Source: Lingula anatina
Taxonomy: Eukaryota; Animalia; Brachiopoda
Assembly (NCBI GenBank): GCA_051362555.1
Contig: CM120647.1
Location: 9,734,001 to 9,798,000, forward strand
Reading direction: 5' to 3'
Length of the DNA stretch: 64,000 nt
Shown here: piece after piece, positions 1-13,371 of the stretch
Layout of the letters: each line of letters starts with the position of its first letter
How positions within the stretch are numbered: position 1 is the stretch's first letter
Notes under the pieces: generated by a model
Told to the model about the DNA's origin: nothing
Seen by the model: the letters and a program-made list of their open reading frames with translations, nothing else
The model's database searches: none
Translations under genes and position numbers: made by a program

Positions 1-254
1 CTCAATTGATTGTAATGTCAAAACTCTTCTCATTTGTAAACTGAACAGAAAAACACATTTGCTAGTAATGTAGAAGTAGAGTAGAAGTTATATAAATTCT
101 ATTTGAGTTTATTTCATAAAAATGATGTATCATTTATGAATTAGCATATGGTGACATTTTATAAACAACAGAAAATAACTGACCATTTTACTGCAGAATA
201 TACAGAAGTCCAAACATACACGTGGTCCGAGGGTTTTCCCTGAGAGCTGTCCAG

Positions 255-401
255 GGCTCCGTAACTCGAAAGCATGGCGAATTGCGATAGCGATATCACA
301 TTTCATTTCGAGGCTATTATATGGGGCGAGTAAATGGCAAGTTATGGAATAGAGATGTTTGCGCTCAGTCGCAATTTGCGATGCTTTCGAGTTACAGAGC
401 C
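255..401. mobile_element. PIF/Harbinger-type MITE, CAG TSD
   Basis: ~33-bp TIRs GGCTCCGTAACTCGAAAGCATGGCGAATTGCGA / TCGCAATTTGCGATGCTTTCGAGTTACAGAGCC; CAG on both flanks (252-254, 402-404), matching the CWG target of animal Harbingers. Confidence 0.85.
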
Positions 402-507
402 CAGCTGTCATTTGGATGATGACTATTTCCAAAGTTGGCTGGACCGCTTCTTAAATTTTTAGGTTGGTTTGTTGGACTTGATTGGGTTAGACTCCTTGTA
501 AATTTAT

Positions 508-717
508 GAGTGCATTCCCAGAGATTTAGATCGATCCATCTGGATTCCGATTGACCTAACTCCCTGGGGGTTCACGCTAAATTGCAGTCAGCCGAGCGCG
601 CACGACAGTTAATTATCCCCTTCCAGCTTTTAGTAGGCGTGGCAGACACTTAAGACGGCTAAGCTGACAGTAATATAGTGAGACTCCCCACAGGGATAGA
701 TCGATCTAAAATCTGTG
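508..717 (+). mobile_element. Tourist/Harbinger-like MITE family A, right TIR truncated
   Basis: Starts GAGTGCATTCCCAGAGATTTAGATCGATC; near-identical to 14292-14518 and reverse complement of 46373-46597. Confidence 0.85.
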
Positions 718-1004
718 ATTCACATTTTGGACTCCCTGTTCCCCTAATCCTTGGGAAACCCCCTGATGTGGTCATTAGTAATTTCCCATCTGTCTACCTG
801 GTCAGTGCCTTAATGGTCACTAGCTGTAAAAGCATGTCCCTGATCTGGGCAGGACTAATGTTTACATGGACACAAAATGACCTCGGTTGACATTAGGGGA
901 TACTTCTGGGTCAGCATTAGCGTGCATGCACTGTGTTTTTGGGGCTGCTGGTTTTGAATGGTGAGGTATAGCTTTTACTCATGGTAAACTTTAAGATTGA
1001 GAAA

Positions 1005-1033
1005 AGAGAGAGAGAAGAGAGAGAGAGTCAGTG

Positions 1034-1070
<37 letters not shown>

Positions 1071-1150
1071 AAAGAGAGAGATGAATTGAGGGAGAGAGAG
1101 GGGGAGTCGGTGAGCTAGAGAGAGATAGAGAGAGATCAAGAGGGAGAGAA
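1005..1150. repeat. Compound (GA)n/(CA)n microsatellite
   Basis: GA-rich tracts flanking a (CA)n run at ~1035-1068. Confidence 0.9.
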
Positions 1151-2014
1151 AGGATGTAGGTAAACTCAGTATAGTTACTGTGAACCTTGACATGGTTGTA
1201 AATTTCAAATGTTCAAGTACTGCTGATAAGATTTGATAAGGGACAAGTTATGAGGCTTACTTTTATATGATATGTCTAGCCAGCCAGGTTAACTACTGCA
1301 TATCCTAGGTTAACATGAGGACTGTCGCTTGTCTTAAAATGTTATTGGATGTGCAGTTTTTATTCAACAGAAGCATTTTATCATTTATATATGAGACACA
1401 TATCATGAGTTTTATCTACCGATGTGAGTTTGAGTTTTAAAATATGATAAAAGGAGGAAGGGGGGTTAAGGCTAGCACACATTTAGTAGTACAGTTATTG
1501 TGGGTTAAGAGGCATGAGCAGCTGTTTTGCACACTTCTCTAATTAAGATATACAGGGCTAAATTTAATACTTTCCCTTGAAAACAGGTCTCTCTCTCTCT
1601 CGTTTTCTCTCTTTCTCTGCAATAATTTGTGATATGTATAGAGTTGAGGACTTCATTAAAATATTTCTAATCTGCCTGCTGTTACCTGCGAGTATATTAA
1701 AAGATTTCACTATAAACTGCCTTTTTCTGCACAATTTGCACAAAAGGTGTGGTATTTTTTAATCAAGCTCCACCTGATATGTGCACTTCCCCCTGTTAAC
1801 AGAGAAGAACAACCAGTTCACCTGTAAGTGGGATTATTTTAGTACTTACCACACACCATATTTTATCACGCCATGCTTGATGTGGCAGACATTACATAAC
1901 TTACTGCTTAATCAGTAAGGAACAGATGTGTTCCTTATGCAGAAGTAGAATTTTCAGTTTCGCAGATTTAAAACTCTCTCGCTTTTTCGTTGACGTCAGC
2001 ATTTCAAAATTAAA

Positions 2015-2116
2015 TCAGTTGTTAAAAGACATTATTCTTTTTTGTTTCATTGCAAATATTGGTTTCAGTTGTTAAAAGACATTATTCTTTTTTGTTTCAT
2101 TGCAAATATTGGTTTT
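2015..2116. repeat. 50-bp direct tandem duplication
   Basis: TCAGTTGTTAAAAGACATTATTC...GCAAATATTGGTTT present twice in tandem. Confidence 0.9.
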
Positions 2117-2197
2117 TATCAAAACCCGAGTTGTGATTTGGACTGTTTTTGCATGCACTATTTTGAAACAGCACATCTTTGTAGTATGTACGCTCAA

Positions 2198-2198
2198 A

Positions 2199-2240
<42 letters not shown>
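2198..2240. repeat. (CA)n microsatellite
   Basis: Direct reading. Confidence 0.95.
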
Positions 2241-2245
<5 letters not shown>

Positions 2246-3910
2246 AACCACTTCATTGATGATCTGTAGAGGGGTATAAATACAGAGTCCAAATATTGAA
2301 TGTTTCACAGCCGGACTGTGTCAATATTTGGACAATATTTAAACTACCATGTGTCTGGTATATATATATATCATAGTACTACAAAGTTTCTCACTGTGAT
2401 ATTTACTGGAGCTGTTAATATATGCTGTTATCATATTAATATGTTCATTTAAGTTACTTTTGTTATTTGACATGCTTTAAATCTGGCTTTTTTGATGATG
2501 CAATAGGACTATTTCTTTGAAAGAATAGTGGTTCAGAAAAGTCGAAATCAGATTTTAGGTTATTTGTCAGCAAAATATTTATAAAAATGTACACCTTTTC
2601 ATTGGCATACATGCTCTGTACACAAGTTAAGTGAAAATTGTGCAGAGTTCAGAATGTACAGAATTCACTGCTCTTACAAATTTTCTTTTATAGATTTATT
2701 TTTGCCTAATTATAAATTATCCTCTCCATAAAAAGTTATAAAGATAAAGATGGCTTTTTTACAGTGGTCACAATTACATGTCTCAGCTTACACTTGTAGT
2801 TTTATTTCAGTGTCAGGAGTTTATTGCTAACATATAAAAGGCCTAGCTTGCAAGTAAAAGGAACAGGGTTACCTTGAAACTGTGACTTTCATTGATTAAA
2901 ATACATGTTGAATGCTGCTACAGTCACTGAATTATGTTGCAAATAAGAATCTGATAGTAGCAAAAATACTGTCTACTTTGTCATAGTGACAGACTTTTTA
3001 CATGACAATTTTTCCTCAGTGTTTGTCAACAAGTACTAATGGGTATAGAAAGCATAATCATTCTTCTCAGCATGCAGACAGTGTGAGGCAAAAGGCCTAG
3101 TACCTATCTGTTAAATACTACAAAACTAGTAGAGAGACTTGAAAGATTTTATCGCACGCTCTCCAACACTGTGTCCTGCACACTCGAGAGAGTGCTGCAC
3201 ACATGCGGCACATGTGCAGCACATTTTGCAAAGGGTGTATCTGTTAGTACTACAAAACTAGAGAGAGACTTGGAAGAAAGCTACACTCTTATTTTCAGTC
3301 TAGCAGATTTTTAAAGAAATCTTTCTGACAGAAGACAATTTGGAAAAGTAAAAAAAAAAAAAAAAAAAAAATTATAAGATAGTCAATTGAAGTAACTTTT
3401 CTACTACTTATTGCTGTTCAGAAACAGTGATTTGGCTGAAGTTTTTTTTTTTTTTTGTCTATTTCACAATAACTTGATTTGGTAGACTTGCCCAGATTTT
3501 GATGCCTTTGGACATTTATCAATTTGATGAGTTTACGTCAGAATTGCGTTAGTTTCAAGCTGAATTTGCATTACCCTTGAGGAACTGTGTAGGCTTCCAT
3601 ACACATGATGTCACTTGACGCAAGTTGCGATAGAAGTCCTCCAGTCATATCTTTGAATACACAATAAATTGATAAAAAAGTGAAAGTATTATTTTCATTT
3701 ATGTAATTATCCAAAGTATCTTAACATCTTTAAAACTTGCCTTGCCATAAGCCTTGAAAAATTCTACATTTTTTAGACCTTTATAATATATTTACTCTTT
3801 TTCAAAAGCACAAGCCATTTTTGTTATCAATAAAACAGGCACAATATTTCATCGAAGTGGACATATATCTAGGGTCAAGCTAAACCATAATATATCAGTA
3901 TTGAATTGAA

Positions 3911-4156
3911 GACTGCACTCAGATTCACACCTCACACAAGCGGGGTTGGTCTAACTTTGCACAGGATTTTCATGAAAGTGCAGTCAGTTGAATCAGCTCA
4001 ATTGTCTGACATGCTTCCTCGAGCAGCTAGGGGGTAATTTACTACTTTGAGTGTGTGCTGCTTAGACTGATTGAACTGGTTGCACTTAAGCAAAAATTCC
4101 CAGCAGGGTTGAACCGACCCAGCTAATACAATGTACGTGTGAATCTGAATGTGCTG
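3911..4156. mobile_element. Degenerate Harbinger-like MITE related to family A core
   Basis: Imperfect TIRs GCACTCAGATTCACAC / GTGTGAATCTGAATGTGC; internal TGCAGTCAG and GGGGGTAATT motifs shared with family A. Confidence 0.6.
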
Positions 4157-5614
4157 TTGGACCAGGACATTTGAGCCTTTAAGAGTCTAGAGTCCTTTTG
4201 TAAAACAGGTGCCTGAAAACAGGTTGTATTTTACACTGACAGTTCTTGTCCCCAAACAAAGTTCACTGTGCCATATGGACTTTACTCACGCATCACATGC
4301 AAACAACTCACATATGTTGTTGTGAACATATAAATAATGGCATGTTTACAACAGGTGATAACTGGAGCGACCTGCTACGATCCAGGAACGTCACTGTTAA
4401 GTTTTTAAAGATAGGAATTGGAATGGAGTAGAACGTTTTATAACAAATTTAAATGATTCAGATGTTTCTGACGCCTTACCTTGTGCACCCCAATGTCGAA
4501 ACAATTAATGTCCATGTAACAGATTGATTATATTACATCATTCAGATTATATTACTCTCTGGATGGAACAGGTTGCTTTTTTAGATAATGTTGATTGTAT
4601 TACATCATGCAGATGATGTTAATTTAATGACTGGATTACAAGGACGTAAAATCTGAATAAAGCATGATATTATAAAAATAACTTTATATGATTTATTTAA
4701 TTTAATTATTTCTGAACGATAACTTTAAAAAGCTGCCAGACCAGGCTTGTTTCAGTACAGTGCATTTAACCGATTGCCACATGGTCTAAAGTAGACCTAG
4801 TAGAAGATAAGATTTTGAAACACCAGAGGACTGATATAGTGTGATAAGTCACAGTATGTACCAGTAATGGCAGAAGGTTAGTGGACTGAGGACAAGGTAA
4901 GATATAGTACTAGTAGCTTGTTTGTTAGGGCACACTGCATTTGTAGGCCAAGATTTTATGGACCAGGCAACTGATGCGAAAGTTGTTAAGCATTATTTTA
5001 ATTATCTACATGTACCAGGATTCTGCATATTTTAACTGAATTTGCTGTAGCATAATCTACATATTTTACTAAATGTATCTCTTTTTTTTTCTGCAGCCTA
5101 GGTGTATACTAGTATATAGTTCAAGGTCATGGTATTGGGGGCCAGGGGGAGGGGGGGGGGGGGAGGAGGTTCAGGACAGAAAATGGGAACTTTATTTATT
5201 AAGATAAGTTCCAGGCAAGCAAGCAGACTATGCCCCCTAGGTGACAGCTTATCTCAATCAGTACCTGAATTATGTACATTTTGCAGGTTTTTAAACCCAT
5301 TTGTTATCATAATTGTCTCCATTCTTCATAATTTGGTAAAAATAGAACTTCTGCTGTGTGAGTTGTCTACAATATTTCTATGCTGAGGATGTTGAGACTT
5401 TGGGGATTCACATGTGTCGACAGTTCAGACAAAGAGTACTTTGGACCGGGACTGTAATTATACAAGTATGCTTGCTCGTATCCATGGATTACATAATCAA
5501 GGATTTTTATGTCTAGGGTTGAATGTGATCTCATTTGCAGAGTACAGGGATACAGAGATACCCCACTGCTTGTGTACCTGTCTATAAATTTCCAGGTTGA
5601 TAAACTTGGTACCT

Positions 5615-5775
5615 CAGACCTGTTGCCAGTGGGGCTCAGAAGACCCCCCCCCTTTTCTTTTTTTGCCAGGAAAAGAACCTTGGCAGGTAAAATTTAATCT
5701 AAGTATGAAGGTTTCGTGGTAAAAGGTTCACTTTTTCGGAAAACAAAACATTTGAAATTGCTGGCTACGGGCCTG
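5615..5775 (-). mobile_element. MITE family D (CAGGCCCGTAGCCAG termini)
   Basis: Ends CTGGCTACGGGCCTG; internal AAAAGGTTCACTTTTT motif shared with the other D copies. Confidence 0.75.
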
Positions 5776-7211
5776 CTATAGATCCTTCAGCTAGGATTGG
5801 AAAATCCCATTTGAAATCACGTATACCTGGATCAACCTGATTTATAGAGAAAATACACCAATTTCATGAAGAGAGACTCAGGCAAAACATGTGAAACTCA
5901 CGTAGTTTGTTGGCACCATTTTGTGAAATTTCCCTTTGAAGTCGGAACAGATTACTACAAGTACAAAGATGAATTGGATGTCCCTTGGATGATAATTTAG
6001 AAATACTGGAAGATCATTATACCTAATACTGTAGGTAGAGGCCCATTAACCAATGAAATCTCGATTTGCAAGATTTATCAAGTTGAGGCAACTAAGAGAG
6101 CATTTTTATAACAGCATCCTGATTGAGCTAAAGGGGATATATTTATAAAAAGCTCAGGAGACCTCAATGTAAAGCACATAAAGAATCCGTTTTTTATCCA
6201 GCATTGTGAAATATAGCAACTCTGAAAATTGTGTAGGGATCTATTACAAGGCTATGAACTTTGAATATATGTTTTTAAAATTAAAAATTGCTTCCAGAAA
6301 AGCAGTTATGTATTATATGCTGCTGCTGGGAGGGAAGGGGTGTAATTCCCTTTGGTGATATTTACCATGGAATGTCTCTTACTGTAGCAATAGGATTTAA
6401 TGGAAAAGACTGCATTGCACACGGAGCTTTTTTCCCCTCAGTTTTTAAGTAGAATGATAAAAAGATTCCAATGAAAGAAAGATGTTTATCAGTAATGAAT
6501 AAAAATAAATCAGGTCAAAAATTATCTAATAGTTTGTTATTTAATTCTTGGTCTGGTGTCAGCTTTTCTCTTTTTGTAAGTTCTAATACAATCAAGCGAT
6601 CCCAATGGATGGAAAATCTGATTCTCCGAGCGAAGCAGGGGTTACCCAGATGGAGAGACTTAGATCAATTTTCTGATTTTCTCCAAGTGTGTGGTCAATT
6701 TGGGGACCGAGAAGTGGTCAGTGTGTTGCCGGAAAACGATTCAATTGCTTTTACAAATTAAATTTCTTAGATTGTTTTCTTGTGAGAAAATCAAATTAGG
6801 AAGGATTTGTGCGATTCCAGGCTGCTTATGACCTGTGATTGAGAATCCTGGGTTGTCTTTCTTGTAAAAATTCATGGAAATTATGGTTAATTCAATATGA
6901 TCTGTTTTTGTTTCTGTGAATTTTTTTTAACATTGTTGTACACTTGTACATCCTGTAGCATTTCATGAGTGAAATTCCTTTGAATATGACTTAATATATG
7001 TTTATTTATTAATTTTTTTTTCGTTTTTGAAATTTTGAAATTGTCCAAATAACATGCATGAAGAAGTCAATGAAAAAAATCTGAAAAAGGAAAAACTTTG
7101 ATAAAAATTTTATGTAAGGGGGTAAGTGGAACATTAAGTTTAAAAATGCTGTACATGGGCAAGGTCCTTGGTGGTCCTACAGGGAATCTTTCATTTACGA
7201 GTAGGGTCTTA

Positions 7212-7645
7212 GGGCGTATTCCCATAGATTTTAGATCGATCTATCCCCGTGGGGAGTCTCACTAGATAACTGTCAGATAATCCGGCTTAAATGTCCGTCC
7301 CGCCTACTACAAGCTGTAAGGGGGTAATTAACTTTCATGCCCGCTCGGCTGACAGCTATTTAGCGTGAACCCCCAGGAAGTTAGGTCGATCTAGTTTGGA
7401 TCGATTCAAACATCATACCAGCTGGATTCATCCAACTGCAGGGATTATCGCTAAAGAGCATTCATTTCAATCAGCTTAATTGTCTGATATGCCTCCTTGC
7501 GTAGCTAGTTAATTAGTTAATTACCCCCAGCAACTTGAGGTGGCATGTCAGACATTTAAACCGATTACAGTGATTGCACTTGGGGAGAATCTCTTGCAGA
7601 GTTAGATCCAACCAGCTAGTATGATGGGTTGATCTGAACGCTCCC
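7212..7645. mobile_element. Fused Harbinger MITEs: family A (7212-~7402) joined to a related palindromic MITE (~7403-7645)
   Basis: Left TIR GGGCGTATTCCCATAG preceded by TTA; right end GATCTGAACGCTCCC followed by TTA; the inner TIRs are missing. Confidence 0.7.
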
Positions 7646-8184
7646 TTATTTCCAATGACTTTAGTCATTACATGTATGTTTTCCATGTAGCTCAAACATA
7701 AATTGATGTCTGGGATTAAGTTCTTGTGACCAGACGTTCTCAACGATCTCAGCGTCAAGAAACAGGACCTCTTAGTGCTGTGAATACTAAAGATAAGACA
7801 ATAGCCTCTATAATGTCGGGAAAAGAAATGTTGTCAATTTATGACAAGCCAAGCGCTAGTGCTGATAAGGTTGTTACGTGTGCTTCATCAGCAAATTTTT
7901 GAAACAATATATAGCAATGCATGGCTGATGTCAGAAATGCTGTTGTTGATTATATAATTAGCTTAGACACTCTTGTTTTCTTCTTGAATACAAAAATAGC
8001 CTGTCCTGGTAAAAAGATGATTTTTCTTTGTTTTTTCCATCCACTTGGAATTATGAGTGAGACTGTCAGATGTGTTGTCCTTAATATGACTGGACATGTT
8101 TGTTTGCAATTGGTTCCTCCTTCTGAATACAAAATCGAGTTTTATGTCAAACTGTAGGTATAGATGCCAGTAAGAGCTCAATTC

Positions 8185-8353
8185 CAGGGGCGGATTTAGG
8201 CCGTCTTCTGGGTCTTCCGGAAGACGGTCAGATTTTCAAGTTTACATTGATGGTATCTATTTTTTTTTCTGTTGGAAGACGGTCAAAATTGGAGGATGAA
8301 TCAACAAAGATCATTTGGAAGACTGTCAGTAAATAGCTCTGGATCCGCTCCTG
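8185..8353 (-). mobile_element. MITE family C, 5-bp TSD (AATTC)
   Basis: TIRs CAGGGGCGGAT / ATCCGCTCCTG; AATTC at 8180-8184 and 8354-8358; homologous to 21025, 37567 and 45490 copies. Confidence 0.85.
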
Positions 8354-8393
8354 AATTCTAATGAAACTATCGAAAAATAGGATTGTTGCATTT

Positions 8394-8566
8394 CTGGGAT
8401 AGCGCTAACACTCACCAGTTTAGCTAAAATGCTAAAACTTACTTAAATTGGCTAAAGAAAAAGGGCTTGATTTGACTTGTTTTAGTCAATTATAACCATT
8501 TTTATAACAAATTAACAAAAAAGTGGTGATTTGGCTAAGCAAAAAAAATTGCTAGCGCTACCCCAG
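8394..8566. mobile_element. hAT-like MITE, 5-bp TSD (CATTT)
   Basis: TIRs CTGGGATAGCGCTAACA / TGCTAGCGCTACCCCAG; CATTT on both flanks. Confidence 0.75.
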
Positions 8567-8672
8567 CATTTGTATATATTGGGGTAGCCTACATACTTGC
8601 CTATATTTTAATTATTTTCATTCCTTTCGAAGTGTAAACATCCTATTGTTCAAAGCACCAGCCATGGGATAA

Positions 8673-8973
8673 GAGAGCATTCCCATAACCCTATCATACT
8701 AGCTGGATCGATCTAACTCCTCAGGATTATGGCTAAATTGCATCCAGTTTAAGCAGCTTAAATGTCTGGCTATCTCCTCCCCTTAGTAACTTAGTAACTT
8801 AATTTAAAGTACTTAGATAAAGTCAGGAAAACTGTGGTCCAAGATGTTGTTCTTGTTGCTTTGCGAGGGGGTGTGTCAAACAATTAAACTGATTACATTG
8901 ACTGGGCCTTAGCAAGAATCCCCACTGAGATAGATTGATCCTGCTTGTATGATAAGGTTATGGGAATGCACCC
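8673..8973. mobile_element. Tourist/Harbinger-like MITE, TAA TSD
   Basis: TIRs GAGAGCATTCCCATAACCCTATCATAC / GTATGATAAGGTTATGGGAATGCACCC; TAA on both sides. Confidence 0.85.
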
Positions 8974-10307
8974 TAAGGAAAAAGTCCTATAGGATCCAAT
9001 AGGATCTTATATGTTCCTGTAGGACGTAAGGGCAGTTATAACTACTCCTCATCCATTGTTTGTGACATTCAAGACTGTACCTGGATATTAGTGCTCTATT
9101 GTATATCGCATGCATTAAACATCCTGTGTTATAACCCGTATAGGAAAAGAAGAACTCGTATAGGACCTGGCAGTTAAATAAGGCCCCTAGGGAGTCAGTT
9201 TGGGACATGCAAGACTACTTCTGGTTGTAAAGGAGCACCTCGAGTTTGCTACAGACCGACTGGTGTCGATTTGTTCCTCGTACGTAGCAGGCATATTTGA
9301 AAAACCACCAATACTAAGTCTGGTTAAAAGCCTGAAACCCATGTATATGGAAAGCGTTAAAGGGGGAGGGGGACATAATTATGAGATCATAGTTAAAAAT
9401 TATTTGTCATAGTGATTAATGGCGCATTTTAAGGAAAATACCTAGAATATAGGGTAAAATATGAGCATGTAAAATAAGAAATATTCACAGTATTGTGACA
9501 GCCTATTCACTTTCTGCAGCTGCATATGATTTTTTTAAATTGATTAGGATTTTTCTTATGTACTGTTTTGGATAAATTGTTGTTATAATCATTTTTATGG
9601 ATATATTTTTTAATTTAATATTTTATATTGTATTTTATTATAATTTATATATTTTGCCTCATTGCTTATTTCATTTATATATTACTGTATAAGATACTTC
9701 AGATCATCATTTTTGATCAAAGCAGAGTGGAAACAAGTGAAAAATTGATTTTTTTATAGCTGACAGCTCCCTCTAGAATTAAACACCGTATCCTGATACT
9801 GCACAGGTGTGATACACCAGTTACCATGAAAGTTCTCATTTTTTTTATTAATAAAAGCCTGGACACATGATACGTTGCATGATAAAAGCATGGTACATGT
9901 ACTTTCTGGGGGTAGGAACATTCTTTTATTGAATTTTCTCTTCATCTCAGTTTTTATTTCTCTAGTTATATTGTTTTGATGTACAGGAAAACAAAAGCAC
10001 ATGTTATTTGTGTGTTGAAATCAGGTAGGTTTGCTGTTGGTGATCAGCATTGTTTTGTTTCATTACGGTACCTAGCATGAAGACATGAGTGCAGTTAAGG
10101 TTGGCGTTAATCAAAATTGTATTTTGTTATGTAATATGAGTACATTAATTTGTAATATTGTAAGATGTTTCAGTAAATGTTGAAGGCTAGAGCAAAAATT
10201 CTTTATAATATATATATTATTTTGTACCAAATTTATTGTGATTTGATACAGTTAAGTAATATCCAAGTTCTTCATTACTAAAATCAATACCTTGATTTAT
10301 ACTGTGC

Positions 10308-10657
10308 AAGGGAGAACTCGTCCTAAATCTTCTAAGTTAGATCGAGCTCATCATCGTAGAGTCCAGGGAGACGTAAACAAATGCTCCATAATAAAACAAT
10401 TATTTCTCATCATAAAAATAGAAGGTTGATGTGAAATGAGATTTATGTCTTGAGATTTAGTTTCTGATCACGAGTGCTTGGCGTTTATTTTCTTGGTTTA
10501 TAACAGCTTAATAGGCTTGGCGGTCTATGGCCTCTTTTTCTGACTGATGTCAGTCGAATTTCTCGTTTAGTATGGGTCTGTAGACTATAGATCGGAGGAG
10601 TTATTGCAGTGTGCAGTAGAAAAAAATCAACAGATCAACAGCAGACAATTTTCACCT
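10308..10657. mobile_element. Possible ancient Kolobok-like (TTAA) non-autonomous element
   Basis: Weak terminal similarity AAGGGAGAACTCG vs CAATTTTCACCT followed by TTAA; locally higher CpG; single copy only. Confidence 0.25.
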
Positions 10658-11181
10658 TTAAAAATGAAAGTCTCACTTAGTTTCCATTAGTGTTAGGTTT
10701 ATTTTTGCATCATCAAAACCCTCGTCCTACTGGTACTTTATTGTCACATTCAAAAACTGTGCTTAAAATGTATATTGATTAATGCCCTGGATGCTAGTAT
10801 CTCTTTCAGAAATCTAACTGTTACATTTTAGATGTGTAATTTTAACAGTCAACTTTTAATTGGACGTCTACATTATTCTGTATATTTATGTAAAATTTGC
10901 CCGAATAGTCAGTCTATTAATGGAACAGAAGCTGACCATCTCTCAAAGTGAGTAGCTATTGTTTCGGCAGTATTAATTGCTAAACTATATTGCTGAATGT
11001 AAAAAGGGCGCGAAAAGGGACATAACTTTCCAAGCTGTTACCTACGTGCATTTAAGGTTTTTCTTTTAGTACCATGCATTCGTGTGCATGATTCTTGAAA
11101 ATTTCAGTGCATGCAATATCTCTTTATGTGACGGGCAACAACATCCCTTCCTCTCCCCTCCTGGGGCTCCTTTATAATACA

Positions 11182-11372
11182 CCCCAAAGTGCTTTTACAT
11201 GTATCCCTTCCTCTTTTATGTGAATAGATATAAAGACTAACATTATAAGAACATACAGATTAATTTTTTTTTGTTGTTTTTTCTGGTCCCAAAGTGCATT
11301 TACATGTACCCCTTCCTCTTTTATGCAAATAGCCATGCAGACTAACATTATAAGAACATATATACAGATTAA
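11182..11372. repeat. Diverged ~80-bp direct duplication
   Basis: CCCAAAGTGC(T/A)TTTACATGTA..CCTTCCTCTTTTATG...GACTAACATTATAAGAACATA twice (~11182 and ~11288). Confidence 0.85.
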
Positions 11373-11421
11373 TATATAGATATATTATTAAGAAAGTCTT
11401 TTTTTTTCTTGTTTCTTGTAG

Positions 11422-11818
11422 AAAGTGGATGCGCAGTGCAGTGGGAAGATCTATTAGATTGATTAGCAGCAGGTGGGATGTGAAACAGTTGCCTTCTGGG
11501 AAGATACCTGCCTCGGGACAGCTTCTGCGGTGTATAGGTTATCCTTGCCGAGGTGAGGGAGCGTTTCTTTGAAAGTGAATACGCTTGCTGAGTGAAATGT
11601 TGAAAATGTTTCTCATTTGTGGTTGCAGTAAGGCAGGTTAACCTTCATAAAGTAAGCGGCCCATGGTGGTTTCTTTGAAAATTTTGCATCAGGTGCGTGG
11701 AGTGAAAGATAAGTGTACAGTAACATTTTGCATTGAAAGTACATATACTTAGTGCCTTCGTAATAGACGATTTTGAGAGCTACTGAAGTGGTTTCTACAC
11801 TTAATCTACATTTCTGAG
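11422..11818 (+). other. Candidate exon (5' UTR or first coding exon)
   Basis: Strong polypyrimidine acceptor TTTTTTTCTTGTTTCTTGTAG before 11422; donors CCGAG|GTGAGG (11553) and CTGAG|GTAAGT (11819); GC-richer than flanks. Confidence 0.45.
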
Positions 11819-13032
11819 GTAAGTGAATATTTTTTTTTTTTTTTTTTTTTTTTTTGAAAATTTTGTGTTGGAAATAAAGAATTCGAGTTGATTTTTATGG
11901 TATAAGTTAAACTTCAACACAAATTCTTTGAAAGCTAGAATATGTAGATATAATGTTGAAAAATAAAACCAGAGAACTCTTCTGACTAACCCTGAAGAAG
12001 ATGCAGATTCAGTTTCTTTAGAATTTTGCAAATATAGTTGCCTATGATGAGTCAAGCATTACTGCATGAAGGAGATCCATGTGCTTTGTGGATGTAAAAT
12101 TTTGTTAAAAAATTTTAATGTTAATTTGCAATCTTTGCAAGCATAGTGATAGAAATGGCTAACATACTGTATAGCTCACTGCATGTTGCCACACATCTCA
12201 ATAGAAACAAGGATACTTATATATATCCCATATATACCTGCAGCTGCTGAATTTTTGTCCATCCCAGACATCAGCATTTCTGCAGAATCACAGAGAATTC
12301 CCTGATTTTTTCATTCAGTTCTTTAGGCGGCCCCAGACTCCTTGCCGAAAGGTGTTGGTCCCACGATCAATGTTCAAAGTTTTTGTTTTCAAAACCCCAA
12401 AATCTTAATGTGCCATCTTGACAAAGGAGAACTCAAACAAATTACTATTATGTGGATCTTGTCAAAATACAATGAAAAATCCCCTCATATTGTGCAAACA
12501 GTCTAAATAACACTTCATAACTCCAAAATATTTTCACTTTTGAACGTTTTGCCAACTCTAAATATTTACATATCTTCCATATATTTTTTCTACCTATGAT
12601 TTAGGACAGACTCCAATTGTTTATATGTGTTGTTCTATTGTTAATAATATATTAGACAATAGATCTACTAGTACACATTTTGGGTGCTGTCAAGTTGGCA
12701 ACTCTGCATACACCTCTTCCTGCACCTGAAATGTTTGCGTCATTCCTTACCATGAAGAACTCATATTAACACTATTTTATGGGTCTGTCTTGGCCCCCAA
12801 ATGTGTTTGTCAGGTGCCGTGTGTAGAGGGTTAGCCACGGCTCCTTTGAAAATGTGTTACGGAATATTATGTGGGTAATAAAAACTCCTGTTACCTTGAC
12901 CTGAAGGTAGTAACTGTTTGCTTTAAATGCTTTTTCTGATGTGTTTGTATGGTGCCTTTGGTTTCTTTGGATTTATTTAAGCCAGAGGGGAAAAAAGAAA
13001 AATGCTTTCAGACTTTGAAATTGTGGCTTTGC

Positions 13033-13371
13033 TTTAGATATTTAGTTCTTGTTAGAAGTTACGAGATTAATTAATTTTTTCTGTGAATTTTAATACCCAC
13101 GGTGAGTATAATGGTGGTGGTGTGTCGAGCACATCGTCAGTTGACATGTCATTTCTTTGAATGCCAATTCCTTGGTGATTGAAATATTACCTAAATTGTG
13201 TGTGTACTTTAAATATTTAGTTCATGTTAGAAGTTATAAGATTTCTTAATCATTCTTTGAATTTTAATACCCCTGATGAGTAAAATGTTGGAGGTATACG
13301 TCAAACACATCATCAGTTGACATGTCATTTCTTTGAATGCCAGTTCCTTGGTGATTGAAACATTACCTAAA
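13033..13371. repeat. ~175-bp tandem duplication
   Basis: GTTAGAAGTTA at 13051 and 13226; near-identical TCAGTTGACATGTCATTTCTTTGAATGCCA...ATTACCTAAA blocks. Confidence 0.9.

Noticed and set aside
5136-5170. G-quadruplex-forming G tracts (also ~20061, 23041, 55694, 56521)
   Set aside because: Mostly homopolymer runs, several within MITEs; no evidence of function
8971-9340. Possible CCTATAGG-rich MITE adjacent to the 8673 element
   Set aside because: No matching right TIR or second copy could be found
13273-13316. CTGATGA within a tandem duplicate as a hammerhead ribozyme
   Set aside because: No GAAA core after a stem II; CTGATGA instead pairs with TCATCAG, and the sister copy lacks the motif
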